A stretch of DNA of 64,000 nt from a virus (lineage: Duplodnaviria > Caudoviricetes): positions 251,191-315,190 of the IMG/VR virus record IMGVR_UViG_3300048861_000178. One strand, 5' to 3'. Positions 1 to 9,023 of the stretch are shown here, in pieces. Under the pieces are notes generated by a model. The model searched no databases. It had not been told where the DNA came from and was given only the letters and a program-made list of their open reading frames with translations. A program made the position numbers and the translations under genes. The first letter of the stretch is position 1. Each line of letters starts with the position of its first letter.

Positions 1-493
1 CACCTTGCGCAATCTGTCTGCTCAGGTGCCGCTCTCCAAGACCAAAGGCGTGGTCGAGCGCATTGAAGTCTTCTATCACGGGGACAAAGAGGACATGTCG
101 GAGTCGCTGCGGCAACTGACGAACATGTCGGATCGTGAGATGGCGAAGCGCCATAAGTCCGCTGGACGAAAGGGCTTCACGGGAAGTACCGACGAGGGCT
201 TCCGGGTCGATGGAGAACCACTGGCGTTGGATACAGTGGCGATTCAGATCTACATCACGGCCGATGTGAGCGCAGGGGTCGGTGACAAGGGTGTGTTTGC
301 CAACCAGATGAAGACGGTGTTCGGTAAGGTGATGGAGAACGAACTGAAGACGGAGTCGGGCACAGTCATCGACTGCGTATTCGGTTACAAGAGTGTCTAC
401 GATCGTATTGTGAATAGCCCTGCGATCATTGGCACCACCACTACCCTGCTGGACGTGATTGCCAAACGAGCAGTCGCTGCCTACAAGAGCTAA
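1..493 (+). CDS. Virion RNA polymerase beta subunit, C-terminal end of the large beta fragment (phiKZ gp178-like); 5' part lies outside the window
   Basis: GVGDKGVFANQMKTV matches the beta GDK..HGNKGV motif; IDCVFGYKSVYDRIV matches beta DIVLNPLGVPSRMN; followed by gp177/176/175-like genes. Confidence 0.8.
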   Translation, partial: TLRNLSAQVPLSKTKGVVERIEVFYHGDKEDMSESLRQLTNMSDREMAKRHKSAGRKGFTGSTDEGFRVDGEPLALDTVAIQIYITADVSAGVGDKGVFANQMKTVFGKVMENELKTESGTVIDCVFGYKSVYDRIVNSPAIIGTTTTLLDVIAKRAVAAYKS

Positions 494-585
494 CTGAGTG
501 TGGTTGCCCTCATTGCGGTGAGGGTGACCTACTCGGCCTTTTTTCACGTCCTTTCAACGTTTACGTCTACTAGACAGGAAAAGCT

Positions 586-783
586 ATGCAATTGCAAGAT
601 TCGCATCGGACCGTCGCAACACTTGGCAATGCCGCTGAGTTGGTTGCGGCTATCGTCCAGGGAGTCGTCGGTAACGACGTAGCGGACACCATCGACGGGT
701 CGCCCCTCACGCGCGGCACGATTTTCAATCTGGCTCAGCTCAAGTTCCAAGAGAGCGCGGGCAAAGTTCTGGGAGCCGAATAA
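586..783 (+). CDS. Small hypothetical protein (65 aa)
   Basis: ATG after CAGGAAAAG; fills the gap and stops 1 nt before the next start. Confidence 0.6.
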   Translation: MQLQDSHRTVATLGNAAELVAAIVQGVVGNDVADTIDGSPLTRGTIFNLAQLKFQESAGKVLGAE

Positions 784-784
784 C

Positions 785-2239
785 ATGCTGAGCATTCAAG
801 CCCTCGAGAGCGCATTGCCGCTGGCCGAACGCTTTGACCAGCGCAAGCTGCTGGTGCTGCCGCGTGCGGACACGCCGCTGGAAATGCTGGTGAACCGCAC
901 CCGCAGTCCCGAAACCGTCACGTCCTCGCACGATGGCGTAACGATCAAGGTCGACCTGCAACAACTCGCGGCTTCGGCTGCGATCAAAGATCCGGTCTTT
1001 GGAGACTCGGATCACGACAACGTGTTCGACCAGATCGCCGAAGTCTGTATCCCGGCGGTGCAGTCGCATGTGAAGTTTGCCAAGGAAGTCGTGGCTCCGG
1101 CCGTGGATGATCTGGTGACGCGTGTAACCGATATTCTGTCGCAGCACACCCCGAGCCAACTGCTCGGCATGGAAGTGCGCATCGACGAACTGCCCGCGCC
1201 GCTCACGAACACCGCGTTCGACGCGATGGTGCGTAAGTTCGAAGAAACGCCGCTGGATTCCCCGGCGCTCAATTTCAACCTGCCGGATCAAACCGGTGCG
1301 GAAATCGTCGAACTGATGAAGACCGGTTCGGCTTCGCTCGATGCTGACATCGAACAGTTTGCGGCCACGCTGGGTGACGGCTGCCTGATCGACGTGTGGG
1401 CGAAAGCCTTCCAGCAACAGCAAGCCGACATCAACGACGCGCGCGTGCATCGCTTCGTCGATCTGCTCAATTCGCCCGACTGCGGGGTGGACAACGCCCT
1501 CATCATCTTCTTGCTCGCACGCAAGCTGATCGACAACCCGCTCGACGGGATCACGATGAGCCTGCAGCAGTACGAAACGTTGATGGCGGACTTCCGCGAT
1601 CAAGCTGCGGCCTTCCTGTGCCGGGAACTGAATGCCTACGAGCAAGCCGAATCGGCAGGTGCGCTGGTGATCAGCCTCACCAGCAACGAGATCGTCGTCA
1701 ACCCGCAGCTCTACAAGCAGTACATCGAGAACGGCGGCGAGAACGAAGTGCTCTTCGGGAATCTGCTGCAGTCGAACCCGTACGTGATGCTCGAGGACAT
1801 CGAAGCGAACGCTGGGACGCTCAAGCGTGCGTGGGACAACCATGCTGCGCTGACGGCCACGGTCGAAGCGAACCGCAAGTTCGCCCGTACCAAGGAAGCG
1901 CTCTCGACGGTGTTTCGTCGTCAGCTGCGTGAGCTCGCCGAGGAAGATCTCGCGAATCTCGACGTTGGTGCGACGACGGCCAAGTTCGATGAGCTGCTCG
2001 ACGACGTGGTCGAGTCGGATCTGGAATGCCTCTACACGCTGGGCCTGAAGCTCGTGTGCCGCTCGCGTTTCTCGAAGACCGAAGCCGAGCGTATCCTCGC
2101 TGGGATCGATCGCATCAAGAAGAAGAACCCGTCGCTCGAAGTGCGTGAAGCGGCCGCTATCTCGGTGATCGAATACGTCGCCTGGTGGGTCGGCTCGCAG
2201 CTGCAAGTGGTCGACGCGGGTTTCAAGCAATCCATCTAA
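785..2239 (+). CDS. Virion head protein (phiKZ gp177-like by position)
   Basis: 484 aa, strong codon bias, between vRNAP beta and the protease block; N-terminal ALE, a candidate prohead protease site. Confidence 0.6.
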   Translation: MLSIQALESALPLAERFDQRKLLVLPRADTPLEMLVNRTRSPETVTSSHDGVTIKVDLQQLAASAAIKDPVFGDSDHDNVFDQIAEVCIPAVQSHVKFAKEVVAPAVDDLVTRVTDILSQHTPSQLLGMEVRIDELPAPLTNTAFDAMVRKFEETPLDSPALNFNLPDQTGAEIVELMKTGSASLDADIEQFAATLGDGCLIDVWAKAFQQQQADINDARVHRFVDLLNSPDCGVDNALIIFLLARKLIDNPLDGITMSLQQYETLMADFRDQAAAFLCRELNAYEQAESAGALVISLTSNEIVVNPQLYKQYIENGGENEVLFGNLLQSNPYVMLEDIEANAGTLKRAWDNHAALTATVEANRKFARTKEALSTVFRRQLRELAEEDLANLDVGATTAKFDELLDDVVESDLECLYTLGLKLVCRSRFSKTEAERILAGIDRIKKKNPSLEVREAAAISVIEYVAWWVGSQLQVVDAGFKQSI

Positions 2240-2254
2240 GCGCGGGGGTAAGTC

Positions 2255-2980
2255 ATGGACGTGAGTAAACTCATTCGCGATCCCAAACGGGTCCAGGCTT
2301 ACCTCGAAGAACTTCCAAACGGGAGCCTCGTGTGCAAGAAGCCGGTAAAGATCTATCTACCGGTGCGCTTCGCAGAACGGGGCCTCGCTCAGATCGGCAT
2401 TGAAACCTACATTGTGGGGATCTATGCGATTGTCGTAGAAGATGTGTACTATGGCGTCTCCATGGTGAATGCCATGTTGCCCATCGAACCGACGGCGACC
2501 CTGAAGATACAAATCGACGGGGATGAGTATTACGAGTTCAGCTTCGATGCGGGTAGCGTCGTGGTCACAAGCACGGATCTGGTGAAGACCGACGTGTTGG
2601 TGTACAAAATCTACGACGAGATCATCTCGAAGGGCCGGGTACCTTGGTACTTGGGCTATCTGGAGCTCGGGAAAATCTTCGACACGGCGCTGTATCATGC
2701 CGGAGCCAACATCGGGGCCAACCAGGAAGTCACGGAGCTGATCATTTCGATGATCTCGCGCTCGGAGAAGGATCGCAACCAGTATTACCGGACCACGATC
2801 GAAGACCTCTCCCAGCTCAGCGTCGTGAAGCCTGCGTTCATTCCGCTGCGCTCAGTGCAGTACGCAGCGACCAATACGACCAACAAGCTTGCAGGGTCGT
2901 ACTTTGGAGATGCTCTGGTGTCTGCTCTCGTGAATCCGGCGGATCGCGTGGAGCGCATCGAGTCTCTCTTGCGAGCATAA
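2255..2980 (+). CDS. Virion RNAP beta' C-terminal fragment (phiKZ gp176-like)
   Basis: C-terminus FIPLRSVQYAATNTTNKLAGSYFGDALVSAL..ERIESLL resembles the beta' C-terminal region; directly upstream of the protease as in phiKZ/SPN3US. Confidence 0.65.
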   Translation: MDVSKLIRDPKRVQAYLEELPNGSLVCKKPVKIYLPVRFAERGLAQIGIETYIVGIYAIVVEDVYYGVSMVNAMLPIEPTATLKIQIDGDEYYEFSFDAGSVVVTSTDLVKTDVLVYKIYDEIISKGRVPWYLGYLELGKIFDTALYHAGANIGANQEVTELIISMISRSEKDRNQYYRTTIEDLSQLSVVKPAFIPLRSVQYAATNTTNKLAGSYFGDALVSALVNPADRVERIESLLRA

Positions 2981-3000
2981 GTCAACAAGTCGAGAACACA

Positions 3001-3801
3001 ATGGGCAATCAAATTCGATTCGCGTGTACGGCACTCGCGGCATCGAACAAGAGCGGGGTGTTGAAGAAAGACGACAACGGCTACTACGAACTAGTGGTCG
3101 GGGCGTTGAACGTCTTCAACTCAATTGGTCAGTACTACGTGTACGATCAAGCCCGTGATCTGTTCGAGGGCTCGAGCACCTTCATGCGACGCGTGAAGCG
3201 CGGCGTGCTGCGCGGTGAGCTGGGTCATCCCAAGCCACTGCCTGGCATGAGTGAAGAGCAGTTTGCACAGCGCGTGATGTCGATCTATGAAGACAACGTG
3301 TGCTGCCACCACAAGGAGATCTACCTGGATTTCGATCGGGTGAAAGATGACCACGGTAACCCCGTGATCGCTATCATCTCGCGCGTCTATCCGTCGGGTC
3401 CCCATGGCGAGCAGCTGCGTCGATCGCTGGACAATCCGAACGAGAACGTCTGCTTCTCGATTCGGGCGTTCACCGATGACTTCATGGACCGTGGCACCTG
3501 CAAGCGCATTTTGCGCACCATCGTCACCTGGGACCAAGTATTGGAACCCGGACTGGCGGCCGCCGAGAAGTTCAAGGCACCGGCACTGGAAGGAGCGCAC
3601 GTGGGCGCGAGCGATCGCAACACGCTTGACTTTGACCACCTCTTTAGCCGGGGTCAGATCGAGCGCGGGATCAAGCGCAACTCGATGTACGGGGTGGCTC
3701 AGGAATCAGCCATCTTGACGGGGCAGGAACTGTTCTCAGCCATGGGTTGGGACACGACTGAAACCGAAGGGGCGAAGAAGCCCGCCTTCTTGCAGTGGTG
3801 A
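3001..3801 (+). CDS. Prohead serine protease (phiKZ gp175 / T4 gp21 family)
   Basis: RGELGHP (catalytic His) and FSIRAFT (catalytic Ser) motifs, TWD downstream; ATG 3001 preferred over the ORF-track start. Confidence 0.85.
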   Translation: MGNQIRFACTALAASNKSGVLKKDDNGYYELVVGALNVFNSIGQYYVYDQARDLFEGSSTFMRRVKRGVLRGELGHPKPLPGMSEEQFAQRVMSIYEDNVCCHHKEIYLDFDRVKDDHGNPVIAIISRVYPSGPHGEQLRRSLDNPNENVCFSIRAFTDDFMDRGTCKRILRTIVTWDQVLEPGLAAAEKFKAPALEGAHVGASDRNTLDFDHLFSRGQIERGIKRNSMYGVAQESAILTGQELFSAMGWDTTETEGAKKPAFLQW

Positions 3802-3816
3802 CACCACCGTAAGTGA

Positions 3817-3846
3817 GCCCCAGGGGAAACCCTGGGGTTTATGCCG
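3817..3846 (+). terminator. GC hairpin followed by TATGCCG
   Basis: GCCCCAGGG-GAAA-CCCTGGGGT then TTATGCCG just after the protease stop. Confidence 0.7.
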
Positions 3847-3867
3847 TTAAACCGTACAAAGACGCAT

Positions 3868-3899
3868 GATTCAAAGATTTGTTAGACCTATATTACTAA
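3868..3899 (+). promoter_or_regulatory. Early (virion RNAP) promoter, TATATTAC type
   Basis: GATTCAAAGATTTGTTAGACCTATATTACTAA; TATATTAC is the phiKZ early promoter core; near-identical copy at 42056-42087. Confidence 0.75.
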
Positions 3900-4006
3900 C
3901 ATGAGCAAAACCAGAAGCACTCAAATGCGTGGATTATTTTACGTGTGTGCCTCCTGCTATGCGATAATGAAATCGCCCTAAACCTGAGGAATTTAGTACC
4001 CCCATC

Positions 4007-4492
4007 ATGGAAGATATTTCGAAAGTCATCCTGACCTTCAAAGACCAGCAGTACTCGCTGACCAAAGTCATGGCCAAAGCTGGCTCCGGTAGCATCGCTT
4101 CTGTCGAGGTGAAAGACATCAACTTCTCCGACGCAGCGCTTGCCATGATTGACCTCTCGCAAGACTGTCCGCAGTTCCATGGCGGCACGATCAGTTTCTT
4201 CAAACTCGAAGGCAAGTTCATCGTCTTCGGCGGGCGTGATCAAGTCAGTCGCGACCTTGCCAAAGGTAAGACCCACATCTCCGGCCACATCCTTTCCAGT
4301 CCCGCGCTCAAAGCTGCGCGCATCGACACGCCGGTGGCACCAGCCCCGGCGGCAGTGGAAGCATTGGCCGACAAGTTCAACTCGGTGCCCTCCAACCGCA
4401 CTGAGGTGAGAACGCCGCGGAAGCCGTACGGGAGCCGCCCGACGATTTCTCGGCAGCCTTCCGGCGGCAACCAGTACGCTCGAAGCAAGTAG
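4007..4492 (+). CDS. Hypothetical early protein with basic disordered tail
   Basis: 161 aa ORF downstream of an early promoter. Confidence 0.7.
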   Translation: MEDISKVILTFKDQQYSLTKVMAKAGSGSIASVEVKDINFSDAALAMIDLSQDCPQFHGGTISFFKLEGKFIVFGGRDQVSRDLAKGKTHISGHILSSPALKAARIDTPVAPAPAAVEALADKFNSVPSNRTEVRTPRKPYGSRPTISRQPSGGNQYARSK

Positions 4493-4560
4493 TAGTTCTT
4501 GAGCTCAAGGACTCCAGTAGTCACTCTCTTTCTTAAATCCGATAAACAAGGAAATGCATC

Positions 4561-5046
4561 ATGACCACGACTGTTAAAGAATCCATCGTCTTCAAGCCGG
4601 AAACGCGTGAACTGGCCGACAAGATCAAGCAGCACATCAAGCTCGATCCGAAGACCGGCCTCGCCGATCCGGAAAAGCTGAAGGGCGTGTACGTCGAACT
4701 GCTGCCCGAAGGCGTGAGCGCCGACACCGTGCTGGCAATCGACAACCACAACACGCGCTTCGCCGCCGCATCGTTCCTGGCACTCGGCGAAACCGGCGTC
4801 GACTTCTTCAAGAAGCACAAGACCGTCAACGAAGTGCAAGCCACGTTCCCGACGGTCGGCAAGTCGAAGTTCGAAGGCGTCTTCGAGCGCTCGTCGCAAG
4901 TGCGCGCACCGGGCCAGGAGCCGACCACCAAGTTCGGCACCGGCTCGATGAAGCTCGACTTCTACGGCGCGTCGCAATCGCGTGGCGAATTCAAGAAGGT
5001 GCGTGATCACCTGACGGACATCGCCGCGTCGGCGCTGAGCGACTAA
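4561..5046 (+). CDS. Hypothetical protein, probably highly expressed
   Basis: AAACAAGGA RBS, very strong codon bias, hairpin downstream at about 5087-5113. Confidence 0.8.
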   Translation: MTTTVKESIVFKPETRELADKIKQHIKLDPKTGLADPEKLKGVYVELLPEGVSADTVLAIDNHNTRFAAASFLALGETGVDFFKKHKTVNEVQATFPTVGKSKFEGVFERSSQVRAPGQEPTTKFGTGSMKLDFYGASQSRGEFKKVRDHLTDIAASALSD

Positions 5047-5149
5047 GCGAGCGCCGCTTCCGTTTACGGGGGTAGTAGCTGAGAACGCTCCCAGGGGTTT
5101 CGGCCCCTGGGAGTTTGTGACATCTTTATTTTTTGTTGTTGCAGGGACC

Positions 5150-5923
5150 ATGAAAGAACAAAACCGCAAAGAAAACGTGCAGTTGATCATCACTTTGGAC
5201 CAAGCGGGTCGCCCCGTGTACAAGGATGGTGCTCCGGCGCTCTTAAACCACGCTCTGAGCCGTCTGAAGAACGTCTTGCAGGGTCAGGTGCTGCATTGTG
5301 CAGAAGAGGCGTATAGCGCCTGTAATGCGACGCAAGCGATTTCCCACCTGATTGACCACAATGGTCAGTTGAGCACCGACTTGATCAACGCCTATCGCGA
5401 AGACAACCAGCTCTATCTGGGCGAAGTGTCCAATCTCGAAACCCAGCACTGGCTGGTCGACTATCAGCACAGCGCGATCCACCGGCTGGTGCAGCGCAGT
5501 AACACGCCGAGCCTCACTGGCTTCGTGAGTCGCATCCACATCGCGCAGCTCTTTAACCAGAAGGCACCCGAAGGCGCAGTCGTCGGCGCAGTCCTCTTCG
5601 ACGAAGCGTCGCTGGACGCAAACGGTTACGTGCTCGAGCGCACGGACTGGGAATCCCTTAACTACCGTACGGGAGGTCCGACCTGTGGACGCATCCGCCA
5701 TCTCGTCTACCGACACACCAGCATCCCCAAGTCCTACCCCGCAGTTCTTTCTCTGGACAATTCAGCTTGGGCAGCACAGGCTGCTGCGCGCACGAAGCGC
5801 GACATCGAACGCCGTGTTGACGTCAATCCCGACGGCGTCGTCGACCCCACCCTCGGATTCGGCAACGTCAAGCACGACGTCATCGACCCCATCACCGGCT
5901 ACCGCCGACCCAGCTGGGGCTGA
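5150..5923 (+). CDS. Degenerate dihydrofolate-reductase-like protein with C-terminal extension
   Basis: LIITLDQAGRPVYKDG..LKNVLQGQVL..VSRIHIAQL..IRHLVYRH follows the DHFR strand order, but the canonical LPW and MGRKT motifs are absent. Confidence 0.4.
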   Translation: MKEQNRKENVQLIITLDQAGRPVYKDGAPALLNHALSRLKNVLQGQVLHCAEEAYSACNATQAISHLIDHNGQLSTDLINAYREDNQLYLGEVSNLETQHWLVDYQHSAIHRLVQRSNTPSLTGFVSRIHIAQLFNQKAPEGAVVGAVLFDEASLDANGYVLERTDWESLNYRTGGPTCGRIRHLVYRHTSIPKSYPAVLSLDNSAWAAQAAARTKRDIERRVDVNPDGVVDPTLGFGNVKHDVIDPITGYRRPSWG

Positions 5924-6287
5924 AAACCCCTCCCTGATTGGTCGGGACGTGGATCACATCAAACTGATTGACACCACGGCCAAGTCAGGGGTTCTGGCGT
6001 TTGCACCGGACTGGGAGAATGTGAAGGCGTACAAGGATGGGCGCCTGAACGAGCAGAGCTACACGGAACTCTACGAAGACAAGATGGTGGAGTCGCGGGA
6101 CCTGCATCGGGCAGTGTGGGATCGGCTCTCCGTGTATCCGTACGCGGCCTATGGGTGCTACTGTCCGGCTGGGGCATTTTGCCACCGGCACCTCTTCATC
6201 CAGCACGCGAAGAACCATCTTGAGTCCATGGGCTGGCGCGTGCGCATCATGGGTGAGATCACCAAAGATCATTTTCCGAAACCTTAA
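5685..6287 (+). CDS. DUF488-like protein
   Basis: LWTIQL..IDTTAKSG..FAPDW..YKDG..Y...Y..CYC....CHRHL pattern; GTG start with GGAGG 8 nt upstream. Confidence 0.65.
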   Translation: MDASAISSTDTPASPSPTPQFFLWTIQLGQHRLLRARSATSNAVLTSIPTASSTPPSDSATSSTTSSTPSPATADPAGAENPSLIGRDVDHIKLIDTTAKSGVLAFAPDWENVKAYKDGRLNEQSYTELYEDKMVESRDLHRAVWDRLSVYPYAAYGCYCPAGAFCHRHLFIQHAKNHLESMGWRVRIMGEITKDHFPKP

Positions 6288-6300
6288 AACGAGAATTACA

Positions 6301-7695
6301 ATGCCGTTCGTAAAAGAAGAAACGCGGGCGCTCGCCCGTATCGTCAAGATCGATGAGATCAAGCCGATCAAGAAAGCCGACCGTTTGGAAATTGCGGTTG
6401 TCGGGGGTTGGGAGTGTGTGGTCGAGAAAGACCTGTATCAGGTCGGACAGACGGCGGTGTACTTCGAGATCGATGCGGCCGTGCCGCTTGACTCGCCGGT
6501 CTGGGGGGACTTCGACAAGAAGTACCTGCTGGTGAAGAAGGACATGGAAAACGGCGAGAAGGAATACGCCGTGATCAAGACGCTCAAGCTGCGCTCGACG
6601 CTCTCGCAGGGTCTGCTCATGCAGCTGAAGAACCTACAAAGCATCCCAGCGTTGCTGAAAGCCGCCACCGCAGCCGCGCACGGCGAGGACGAAGTCAACA
6701 TCACGCAGGAGCTCGGCATTCTGAAGTACGTGAACCCGGTCGAGTACAAGCAATACCTGCGGCGTCTAGCCGAAGAATCTGGTGCAGGCGGGCGCGGTAC
6801 GAACAGCTGGTGGTGGAAGCTGCGCATGAAGTTGATCAAGGGGATTCTCGTCGACGGTCTGCAAGACTTCCCGCGCGGTCATGTGAAGTCCGATGAGGAG
6901 CGCGTACAGAACCTGGGCAAGGAATACCCGCGTCTGGTGGAAGAAGGTGATGACTGGGAAGGCTCGATCAAGCTCGACGGGGAGTCGGCCATGGCCTACC
7001 AAGATTTGGACGACGGTTCCATTGGGCTGGCGCAACGTAACTTCTCGCTGCGCACGGAAGCTGTCCCTTACACCTGGAAGGAATCGTTCCGGGTCTATCT
7101 GTCGGACTGGATGCGCTTCGTGCCACGGCGACTACGTGGTGGTGCGTGCCCGGTGCCGACCTGGAAGACCGAGTACGATCCGAAGTGTGTGCCGCTCGTG
7201 CGTTGGATGATCAACAACGACATCACCACCAATCTGAAAGCGCTGAACAAGGCACTGATGATGGATGTGTCGATTGCCAAAGGTATCGGACTGGAATTCG
7301 CTCACGGCAAGATCGTCGCTATCCAGGGTGAAATGGTCGGTCCATCGTTCAATGGTGGCGCAGAAGGTTTCCCGGTCGATCAGTTCTTTGTGTACCGTGC
7401 TTATGGCAACGGCACTTACCGGTTTACGCCAGATGAAACCAAAGCGATCGCGGCGTACCTGGGGTTGAAATATATCCCGGTCGACCCGAAGCTCGCACGC
7501 ATCAAGCTGCCCGCTGACATCAAGGCACTGCTGAAGCTCGCCGACGGCCCGTCAGCGCTGCTCGCTACAGGGTCCACCAAGCTGCGTGAAGGCCTCGTGA
7601 TGAAGAACCATGTCACGGGTCGTTCGTTCAAGGTGATCTCCAACAAGTGGCTGGAAAATCAGCCACTCGAGGAAGAAGAAATCGAAACGGCTTAA
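6301..7695 (+). CDS. ATP-dependent RNA ligase (Rnl2/DRB0094-like, N-terminal OB module)
   Basis: Nucleotidyltransferase motifs KLDGES (I), IQGEMVG (III), REGLVMK (IV), FKVISNKWL (V); N-terminal ADRLEIAVVGGWECVV. Confidence 0.88.
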   Translation: MPFVKEETRALARIVKIDEIKPIKKADRLEIAVVGGWECVVEKDLYQVGQTAVYFEIDAAVPLDSPVWGDFDKKYLLVKKDMENGEKEYAVIKTLKLRSTLSQGLLMQLKNLQSIPALLKAATAAAHGEDEVNITQELGILKYVNPVEYKQYLRRLAEESGAGGRGTNSWWWKLRMKLIKGILVDGLQDFPRGHVKSDEERVQNLGKEYPRLVEEGDDWEGSIKLDGESAMAYQDLDDGSIGLAQRNFSLRTEAVPYTWKESFRVYLSDWMRFVPRRLRGGACPVPTWKTEYDPKCVPLVRWMINNDITTNLKALNKALMMDVSIAKGIGLEFAHGKIVAIQGEMVGPSFNGGAEGFPVDQFFVYRAYGNGTYRFTPDETKAIAAYLGLKYIPVDPKLARIKLPADIKALLKLADGPSALLATGSTKLREGLVMKNHVTGRSFKVISNKWLENQPLEEEEIETA

Positions 7696-7719
7696 TACAA
7701 CGCGAACAACTGGAGGAAT

Positions 7720-7953
7720 ATGGACAAACTGAACTATGCGGTTGAGCAACGCATTCGTCTGATTGATACGGTGCTGGACCACTATGGCAGTGTTCGGCGT
7801 GGCTTGATTGAAGATTACTTCGGTATCTCGAAACCGCAGGCTTCTAACGATCTGGGCTTGTACAACCAGCTCGCTCCTGGCAACATGGAGTACAGCTTGA
7901 AGGAGAAGTGCTACAAGCGCACCGAGCAGTTCAAACGCCTCTATCCGCGTTAA
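7720..7953 (+). CDS. Stand-alone winged-HTH resembling the N-terminal DNA-binding domain of CapW/BrxR-type WYL regulators
   Basis: QRIRLID..L...GSVRR..I...FGISKPQASNDL..Y...APGNMEY....K.Y; GGAGGA RBS; only 77 aa, no WYL domain. Confidence 0.7.
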   Translation: MDKLNYAVEQRIRLIDTVLDHYGSVRRGLIEDYFGISKPQASNDLGLYNQLAPGNMEYSLKEKCYKRTEQFKRLYPR

Positions 7954-8010
7954 CGGCATAACAGCATAAAAGCCCAAGAGACCTTTGCGGGTCTCTTGGG
8001 CTCTATGCCG
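7954..8010. terminator. Bidirectional hairpin with CGGCATA / TATGCCG flanks
   Basis: AGCCCAAGAGACC-TTTGCG-GGTCTCTTGGGCT between convergent genes. Confidence 0.75.
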
Positions 8011-8036
8011 CTATCACTCTTTTTTTGGTTCGCGTC

Positions 8037-8957
8037 TTAGAACGTGACGTTCACCGAGAGGGAATCGCTACCGGTCAGACCGGCTTGAACTTGCGCAGCG
8101 CCAGCAGCGAGGTCGCTGATGCCCTGAGCGTAGTTCGAGGTGCCCCAGTTGGCCACATCAGCGGCGATCGAATCGACGAACGGTGCACGCTCGTACGGGT
8201 TCGCGCCCGTGATGTTGATGCCGTTGAGCAGCGTCTGGTTGAACGCGTCGACACCCAGGCCGAACTGCGCGATACCTGCGAACTCGACGTCGTACGCCAC
8301 GATTTCGCCGCCACTGTTCAGATCGCGCTGACCAGTGACTTCGCCCGAGGTCTTCGGGAACATGTTCGTCACGAGCCAGGACTTGTTGACCTTGGTATGG
8401 GTCGGGTCCGGTTCGATGAACGCGCAGGTCATCGTGTAACGGTCCGGTAGCATGTCGGTGACTTGGTTGCCCGCGATCGTGTTGATCGAGGCGACCTTGC
8501 TGTTCGGGTCCATCATGCAGTACTGAATCCAGCCGCGCAGGAAGCGGTTGATCGGCATGCCGTACTTTTCGTTCCAGCGGAAGTTCGGCTGCGAACGGCT
8601 TTCCTTCACGTCGGTGAATTCTTCTTGCACCTGACCGCCACCGCCGACGGGGTTGCCGTCCGTGGTGTCGACCGTGAGCGTGGAGCTCAGGCCCGTGATG
8701 GTGAGCGGGTGCAGCTCGACCAGGGCGCGCAGCGTGCCGATCCAGTAGTCCGGGTTCGGCAGGTCCGAGAAAGCGGTCGGGGCTTCGATCAACAGAGCGA
8801 TCAGGTTCCGGCGCACGTACGCCTGATTACCGACCCACTCCGTCAGATCCGGTGCGTAACCCATTTGAGCGGAATACTGCAGATCCGCCATCGGGATATT
8901 CACGCCAGCGCCGAACGCGTAACCTTGCGGCAACAGCGTTTGTGCGATACGGCTCAT
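8037..8957 (-). CDS. Tail tube protein (phiKZ gp30-like)
   Basis: 306 aa directly downstream of the sheath gene; WLVTNMFPKTSG tube-type motif; strong codon bias. Confidence 0.75.
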   Translation of the reverse strand: MSRIAQTLLPQGYAFGAGVNIPMADLQYSAQMGYAPDLTEWVGNQAYVRRNLIALLIEAPTAFSDLPNPDYWIGTLRALVELHPLTITGLSSTLTVDTTDGNPVGGGGQVQEEFTDVKESRSQPNFRWNEKYGMPINRFLRGWIQYCMMDPNSKVASINTIAGNQVTDMLPDRYTMTCAFIEPDPTHTKVNKSWLVTNMFPKTSGEVTGQRDLNSGGEIVAYDVEFAGIAQFGLGVDAFNQTLLNGINITGANPYERAPFVDSIAADVANWGTSNYAQGISDLAAGAAQVQAGLTGSDSLSVNVTF

Positions 8958-9023
8958 GTAAAACTCCTGTTCTTAAGAATGTCAGCTAGAGGGGAAGCCG
9001 TAGCTCCCCCACCCGTGGATTGC

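Noticed and set aside
740-2230. Long antisense ORFs (also 8463-10385, 42137-44092, 50493-51896, 52118-53659, 57874-59538)
   Set aside because: They mirror strongly codon-biased real genes, have no RBS or motifs, and show the typical shadow composition rich in R, H, V and D.
4007-4492. ParB/Srx-like motif FIVFGGRDQV
   Set aside because: It lacks the DGxxR catalytic pattern and is too weak to call.
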